Virus record (IMG/VR): IMGVR_UViG_3300045988_003439
Location: 1 to 6,320 of that record
Length of the DNA stretch: 6,320 nt
From: a virus
Reading direction: 5' to 3' (one strand)
A program made the position numbers and the translations under genes. The notes under the pieces are model-generated. The model saw nothing but the letters and a program-made list of their open reading frames with translations. It made no database searches and had not been told where the DNA came from. This document shows positions 1-3,455 of this stretch, piece by piece; positions within the stretch are counted from its first letter, which is position 1; every line of letters begins with the position of its first letter.

Positions 1-55
1 GTTGGAAAGAAATCTCTCAGTCTGGTGACTCCGATTACCGCGAACAGATTCGTAA
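1..55. repeat. Terminal direct repeat, left copy (circular-assembly overlap)
   Basis: GTTGGAAAGAAATCTCTCAGTCTGGTGACTCCGATTACCGCGAACAGATTCGTAA is identical to nt 6266-6320 when read by eye. Confidence 0.97.
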
Positions 56-758
56 ACACTTTGGTGTGAACTTGCCTCAATCTCTTTCCAATATGTGTAC
101 CTATATCGGTGGTATTTCTCGTAATCTTGATATCAGTGAGGTTGTGAACAATAACCTTGCTGCTGACGGTGATACTGCTGTTATTGCTGGTAAGGGTGTC
201 GGTGCTGGTAATGGTTCTTTCACTTATACTACTGATGAACATTGTGTTATTATGTGTATTTATCATGCCGTTCCTTTGCTTGACTATACTATTACAGGTC
301 AAGATGGTCAGCTTCTTGTAACTGATGCCGAGTCCCTTCCGATTCCGGAGTTTGATAATATTGGTATGGAAGTTCTTCCTATGACTCAGATTTTCAATTC
401 TTCCAAAGCATCTATTGTTAATTTGTTCAATGCTGGATATAATCCACGTTATTTCAATTGGAAAACCAAGCTTGATGTTATTAACGGTGCGTTTACCACT
501 ACTCTTAAGTCTTGGGTTTCTCCTGTTACTGAATCTCTTCTTTCTGGATGGTTTGGTTTTGGTTATAATGAAGGAGAAACTGATAATAACACCCGTGTTG
601 TCTTGAATTATAAATTCTTCAAGGTTAATCCTTCTGTCCTTGATCCGATTTTCGGCGTTAATGCGGATTCTACTTGGGATACTGACCAGTTATTGGTCAA
701 CTCTTATATCGGTTGCTATGTTGCCCGTAATTTGTCTCGTGATGGTGTACCTTATTAA
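1..758 (+). CDS. VP1: Major capsid protein VP1, C-terminal part (continuation of 5176..6320 across the circular junction; first complete codon at nt 3)
   Basis: Nt 6266 is codon position 2 of the 5176 frame, and so is nt 1, so the frame continues seamlessly into track ORF 66..758 (frame 3) and stops at TAA 756-758. The joined CDS is 1090 + 758 = 1848 nt, giving 615 aa. The sequence ...RKHFGVNLPQSLSNMCTYIGG... is typical of microvirus capsid proteins. Confidence 0.95.
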   Translation, partial: WKEISQSGDSDYREQIRKHFGVNLPQSLSNMCTYIGGISRNLDISEVVNNNLAADGDTAVIAGKGVGAGNGSFTYTTDEHCVIMCIYHAVPLLDYTITGQDGQLLVTDAESLPIPEFDNIGMEVLPMTQIFNSSKASIVNLFNAGYNPRYFNWKTKLDVINGAFTTTLKSWVSPVTESLLSGWFGFGYNEGETDNNTRVVLNYKFFKVNPSVLDPIFGVNADSTWDTDQLLVNSYIGCYVARNLSRDGVPY

Positions 759-769
759 ATTTGTTTATT

Positions 770-1252
770 ATGATTGGAAAATTTAATCGTATTGATCTTT
801 TGGAACAAAGTTCTGAGTTTATTCCAAATGTTAAACCTGATGCTTTTGCAGTTGCTCCTCAGTTTGATTCTACTGAAGAACTTCGTGTCGAGATTGATGA
901 TACTGATGAGACTCGTCCGGTTCGTTATACTTCTGATGTTCGTTTGATTCTTCATACCAAGGACTTGGCTTCTCGTGCTGGTCTTGCTGTTGCTTCTAAA
1001 TTCGGACAAAGTAAACAATCTCCTTCCCAGATTCAGCAGATTATGGATAAAATGTCTGATGATGATCTTTTGTCTGTGGTTCGTTCTCGTCATGTTCAGT
1101 CTCCTTCTGAGATTATAGCTTGGTCTAAGGATTTGTCGGCTCGTGCTTTAGAACTTGAGTTCCAGGCACAACAATTGATTGATGTTGAGAAATCTAAACA
1201 AGAGGCAGAGAAAGCGGATGCTGCTTCCGCTGAGACTGCTTCCTCTGAGTAA
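770..1252 (+). CDS. Hypothetical acidic protein, possible internal scaffolding (VP3-like) protein
   Basis: The track ORF 761..1252 begins at TTG; the first ATG is at 770 (MIGKFNRIDLL...). Codon usage is T-ending like VP1 and VP2. The protein is acidic (EIDDTDE, DKMSDDD) with a C-terminal helical, charged tail (QAQQLIDVEKSKQEAEKADAASAE). Its stop, TAA 1250-1252, overlaps the VP2 ATG as TAATG. The functional assignment rests only on position and composition. Confidence 0.75.
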   Translation: MIGKFNRIDLLEQSSEFIPNVKPDAFAVAPQFDSTEELRVEIDDTDETRPVRYTSDVRLILHTKDLASRAGLAVASKFGQSKQSPSQIQQIMDKMSDDDLLSVVRSRHVQSPSEIIAWSKDLSARALELEFQAQQLIDVEKSKQEAEKADAASAETASSE

Positions 1253-2340
1253 TGGGTCTTCTTGGTTCTATCGCTGGTGGTCTCCTTGGTTTTGGTTCTT
1301 CTGCTGCTCAGAATTCGCAGAATAGACAAAATGTCAGGGAGACGAACCAGATGAATTATAAGATAAATCAGATGAATAATCAGTTTAACGAACGTATGGC
1401 TATGCAGCAGCGCGATTTTCAGGAGAATATGTGGAATAAGGAAAACGCATATAATACTGCCTCCGCGCAACGCCAACGCCTCGAAGAAGCTGGTTTAAAT
1501 CCTTATCTGATGATGAACGGTGGTTCTGCTGGTACTGCTCAGTCTGTTGGCACTGGTGCTTCTGCCTCTTCTGCTGGTTCTGCCGTCATGCAACCTTTTC
1601 AGGCTGATTATTCTGGTATTGGTGCTTCTATTGGTAACATTTTTCAATATGAGTTGTTGCAATCTGAAAAATCTCAATTGCAAGGTGCTAGACAACTTGC
1701 TGATGCTAAAGCAATGGAAACTCTTTCTAATATTGATTGGGGAAGACTTACTGATGAAACTCGTAATTATTTGAAGTCTACTGGATTGGCGCGTGCTCAG
1801 CTTGGTTATGCCAAGGAACAACAAGAAGCTGATAATATGGCAATGACAGGTCTTATTTTGCGTGCTCAGCGTTCTGGTATGCTTCTTGATAATGAGTCTA
1901 AAGGTATTTTGAATAAGTATCTTGACCAACAACAGCAATTCGATTTGAATGTTAAGGCTGCGGACTATTACCAACGTATGTCTGCTGGATATCTTTCTTA
2001 TGCTGAAGCTAAAAAGGCTATAGCTGAGGAAGCTTTGGCTGCTGCTCGTACACGTGGTCAGAATATTTCTAATAAGGTTGCCTCTCGTGTTGCTGAGTCT
2101 CAAATTGCTGCTAATATTGCTTTCAATCAATCTTCTGCTGCTTATCATAATGAAGAGTCTAGGTTAGGTCTTTCTCAAGATAATGCACGCAGTAAGAATA
2201 TTGAATCTTGGTATCGTGCTCGAAATGAAAAGAAAAAAAATAGTTATTTTGATTCTGATAAATGGGTAGAGTATGGCACCAGTATTGGTAATACTATAGG
2301 TAATTTCTTACCTCATAGAGTTATTAGTACTCGTCGTTAA
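1252..2340 (+). CDS. VP2: Minor capsid / DNA pilot protein VP2 (H-like)
   Basis: 362 aa. The N-terminus is Gly-rich and hydrophobic (MGLLGSIAGGLLGFGSSAA). The motif MWNKENAYNTASAQRQRLEEAGLNPYLMM is one I recognise from microvirus VP2 proteins. The remainder is a long Q/A/N-rich predicted coiled coil. The gene sits downstream of the capsid gene. Confidence 0.87.
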   Translation: MGLLGSIAGGLLGFGSSAAQNSQNRQNVRETNQMNYKINQMNNQFNERMAMQQRDFQENMWNKENAYNTASAQRQRLEEAGLNPYLMMNGGSAGTAQSVGTGASASSAGSAVMQPFQADYSGIGASIGNIFQYELLQSEKSQLQGARQLADAKAMETLSNIDWGRLTDETRNYLKSTGLARAQLGYAKEQQEADNMAMTGLILRAQRSGMLLDNESKGILNKYLDQQQQFDLNVKAADYYQRMSAGYLSYAEAKKAIAEEALAAARTRGQNISNKVASRVAESQIAANIAFNQSSAAYHNEESRLGLSQDNARSKNIESWYRARNEKKKNSYFDSDKWVEYGTSIGNTIGNFLPHRVISTRR

Positions 2341-2367
2341 TTTCCCATACTTCTTTTCGTTTTTCCC

Positions 2368-2404
2368 CCCGGTCCGTAGTGATACGTACCGGGTTTTGTT
2401 GTTT
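2368..2404 (+). terminator. Intrinsic (rho-independent) terminator after VP2
   Basis: Stem CCCGGT-C-CGTA (2368-2378) pairs with TACG-T-ACCGGG (2383-2393), giving 10 bp with one C/T mismatch. It is closed by a GTGA (GNRA-type) tetraloop at 2379-2382 and followed directly by TTTTGTTGTTT (2394-2404). The T-tract is present only on the + strand. Confidence 0.75.
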
Positions 2405-2700
2405 GGAGTAACTTCCGGCAACCGCGCGTAGCGTGGTTATGCACCTACTGAATTTCGGGACGTTAGGACTGAAATCAGAGCCGTAGGCTATAGTATTGCC
2501 TTCCTTGAAGCTTGACGTTTGCAACGCGTAAGTAATCTCCCTCTAATCTCTTCTCTTCCGTCGCCGTTAAACACCTAAAATATAAATTGGCGAAGCCTAC
2601 ATGAGTTTGCCCGAAGGGAAAGCGATTTACCTCATCGCTTTCAGTCTCCTCTTGTCTAAATAGAGCAAACTCACAGACCAGCCTGCCACCCATATAACTT
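2405..2700. other. ORF-free, hairpin-dense non-coding island (candidate complementary-strand origin, structured RNA or att-type site)
   Basis: All three + frames hit stops within a few codons and the T-ending codon signature disappears. My hand count gives about 47% G+C here against about 23% for 2701-2820. Helices seen: 2420-2427/2431-2438 (8 bp including one G.T); 2448-2456/2471-2478 (8 bp plus a bulged A); 2483-2489/2594-2600 (7 bp) stacked on 2561-2565/2589-2593 (5 bp); 2602-2610/2665-2673 (9 bp) enclosing 2619-2626/2634-2641 (8 bp, loop TTACCTC). The strand of function is unresolved. Confidence 0.5.
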
Positions 2701-2724
2701 ATGCATTTTTTTTTGCTTATATGT

Positions 2725-2753
2725 TTTGTTATTAATTTTATTTTGTATATTTG
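2725..2753 (+). promoter_or_regulatory. Bacteroides-type promoter (-33 TTTG / -7 TAnnTTTG)
   Basis: TTTG at 2725-2728 and TATATTTG at 2746-2753 are separated by 17 nt. This matches the published Bacteroides primary-sigma consensus as I remember it. The site lies in the AT-rich region upstream of the first gene after the terminator, and no comparable signal was seen upstream of VP1. T-rich DNA does produce such matches by chance. Confidence 0.45.
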
Positions 2754-2793
2754 CCCCGTGATCAGAAACCAAGTGTTCTTTTAGCAATTTTTT

Positions 2794-2823
2794 AACATTT
2801 AATCATATTGTTCAACATTTAAT
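2794..2823 (+). repeat. Two copies of AACATTTAAT phased exactly 20 bp apart, flanking the palindrome TGTTCAACA
   Basis: AACATTTAAT occurs at 2794-2803 and 2814-2823. TGTTCAACA (2809-2817) is an imperfect inverted repeat overlapping the second copy. The repeats lie 12-40 nt upstream of the ATG at 2835, in the predicted 5' leader. Confidence 0.6.
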
Positions 2824-2834
2824 ATTTGTTAGTT

Positions 2835-3011
2835 ATGGAAAATTATTATTTGTGTTCTATTCAGTCAAAGGTTAATCCTAATCAGAACGAAACTATCCTT
2901 GTATCGGTTGATGAAATTTCTCAGTTTGTTTCTTCCAATCTTCGTCCTGATTGTGTTCTTATTATTTCCCAGTGTTCAACTTTTAAAGCGATTCCTGATG
3001 ATGAAAAATGA
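2835..3011 (+). CDS. Hypothetical 58-aa protein
   Basis: ATG at 2835 (the track ORF begins at TTG 2826). The product is MENYYLCSIQSKVNPNQNETILVSVDEISQFVSSNLRPDCVLIISQCSTFKAIPDDEK. Codons are predominantly T-ending (gtt, tct, cct, aat, gat), matching the phage's other genes. It is the first ORF after the predicted promoter. I recognise no motif. Confidence 0.55.
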   Translation: MENYYLCSIQSKVNPNQNETILVSVDEISQFVSSNLRPDCVLIISQCSTFKAIPDDEK

Positions 3012-3090
3012 AACTAAATCCAAAATTTGGTCTGCAATTATTGCGGCTGCTGTTAGTCTTCTTACGTCTATTGCTCAAATATTTTCGTAA
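2998..3090 (+). CDS. 30-aa single-pass membrane peptide (candidate holin-like or lysis accessory protein)
   Basis: ATGATG at 2998-3003 overlaps the end of the 58-aa ORF. The product MMKNETKSKIWSAIIAAAVSLLTSIAQIFS has a charged N-terminus followed by about 20 hydrophobic residues. The portion at 3012-3090 is not overlapped by any other ORF. The longer track version (2899..3090) adds only a +1-frame shadow of the preceding gene. The ORF lies just upstream of the peptidase gene. Confidence 0.4.
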   Translation: MMKNETKSKIWSAIIAAAVSLLTSIAQIFS

Positions 3091-3146
3091 GTAATGATGG
3101 TTATGAAATCATTTGTTTATGTTAATGATTTTAATAGATTTGGATA

Positions 3147-3455
3147 ATGAATACTACTTTAATGCAATTTATTGAGTGGCTTTTGCGAAACAATATCAAG
3201 TTTACTGTTACTTCTGCTTTTCGTACTAAGGAACAGAACGATGCCTGTAACGGTTCTCCCAATTCCCAGCATCTAACCGGTGATGCCGTTGACTTGAAGC
3301 CCGTTGGTCTTTCTGTTGATGATTTTATTTCGTTGGTTAAGAATTCTCCTTTTATATTTGACCAGCTTATAAAATATCGAACGTTTGTTCATGTTTCTTT
3401 TGCACGTGTTCGCAAGCCTCGTTATATGGAACTTAATTTTACTGATAGAAAATGA
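3147..3455 (+). CDS. Zinc D,D- or L,D-peptidase of the M15 family (Peptidase_M15_3-like), putative cell-wall hydrolase/endolysin
   Basis: 102 aa. It contains SAFRTKEQN (compare the SxYR..E.N block of M15 enzymes). The metal ligands are H42-x6-D49 in SQHLTGDAVDL (H codon at 3270-3272) and H82 in FVHVS. There is no signal peptide or TM segment. Its stop overlaps the VP4 start as ATGA at 3452-3455. Confidence 0.82.
   Translation: MNTTLMQFIEWLLRNNIKFTVTSAFRTKEQNDACNGSPNSQHLTGDAVDLKPVGLSVDDFISLVKNSPFIFDQLIKYRTFVHVSFARVRKPRYMELNFTDRK

Noticed and set aside
415-606. Overlapping + strand ORFs 415..606, 1520..1774, 5231..5449 and 4611..4871, plus the 2899..2997 part of 2899..3090. They are hydrophobic and rich in L, F and V.
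   Set aside because: Each lies in the +1 frame of a real gene (checked by coordinate arithmetic). T-rich third codon positions become second positions in that frame, which suppresses TAA, TAG and TGA and generates Leu, Phe and Val codons. They are best explained as compositional artefacts. Only 4002..4532 was kept as a low-priority finding.
756-763. TAAATTTG (a TAnnTTTG match) at 756-763 with TTTG at 731-734, a possible internal promoter before the scaffold-like ORF.
   Set aside because: The predicted transcription start would fall on or past the ATG at 770. The motif overlaps the VP1 stop codon in T-rich coding DNA, where such matches arise by chance.
755-2148. Minus-strand ORFs 755..1093, 1096..1476 and 1495..2148 (112-217 aa).
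   Set aside because: They run antisense to well-supported + strand genes. Their translations are low-complexity and rich in I, L, S, R, K and N, as expected from the complement of T-rich codons. Microviridae are transcribed from one strand only.
2233-2240. An A8 run inside VP2 (GAA AAG AAA AAA AAT) as a possible slippery or frameshift site. Also the C6 run (2365-2370) and T9 run (2706-2714).
   Set aside because: The A-run encodes in-frame KKKN near the VP2 C-terminus and no extended alternative frame follows it. The C6 run is part of the terminator stem context. The T9 run has no preceding hairpin, so it is not a terminator. Homopolymers are worth checking only as potential sequencing-error sites.
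2478-2520. A GAGCCGTA start (as in group II intron domain V) at 2478-2485, and a minus-strand AAGGAAGG motif (as in SRP RNA) at about 2497-2506.
   Set aside because: The required complementary halves and flanking conserved nucleotides are absent. These are short matches only.
2324-2693. Minus-strand ORFs 2324..2524 (66 aa) and 2475..2693 (72 aa) inside the non-coding island.
   Set aside because: There is no Bacteroides-type promoter on the minus strand upstream of 2693. One ORF runs through the VP2 terminator hairpin and into VP2. The sequences have no recognisable motif. The nucleotide-level helices explain the region better. The A-rich stretch before the ATG at 2693 is the only point in their favour.
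2691-2830. Resemblance to a dif site or XerCD target: minus-strand GCATAAGTTATAT at about 2691-2706, and TTTTAACATTTAAT at about 2790-2803 compared with the XerD arm ATTTAACATAA.
   Set aside because: Only 6-8 of 11 positions match in one arm, there is no convincing second arm at the proper 6-nt spacing, and the DNA is very AT-rich. It is mentioned only as something to test against actual provirus junctions.
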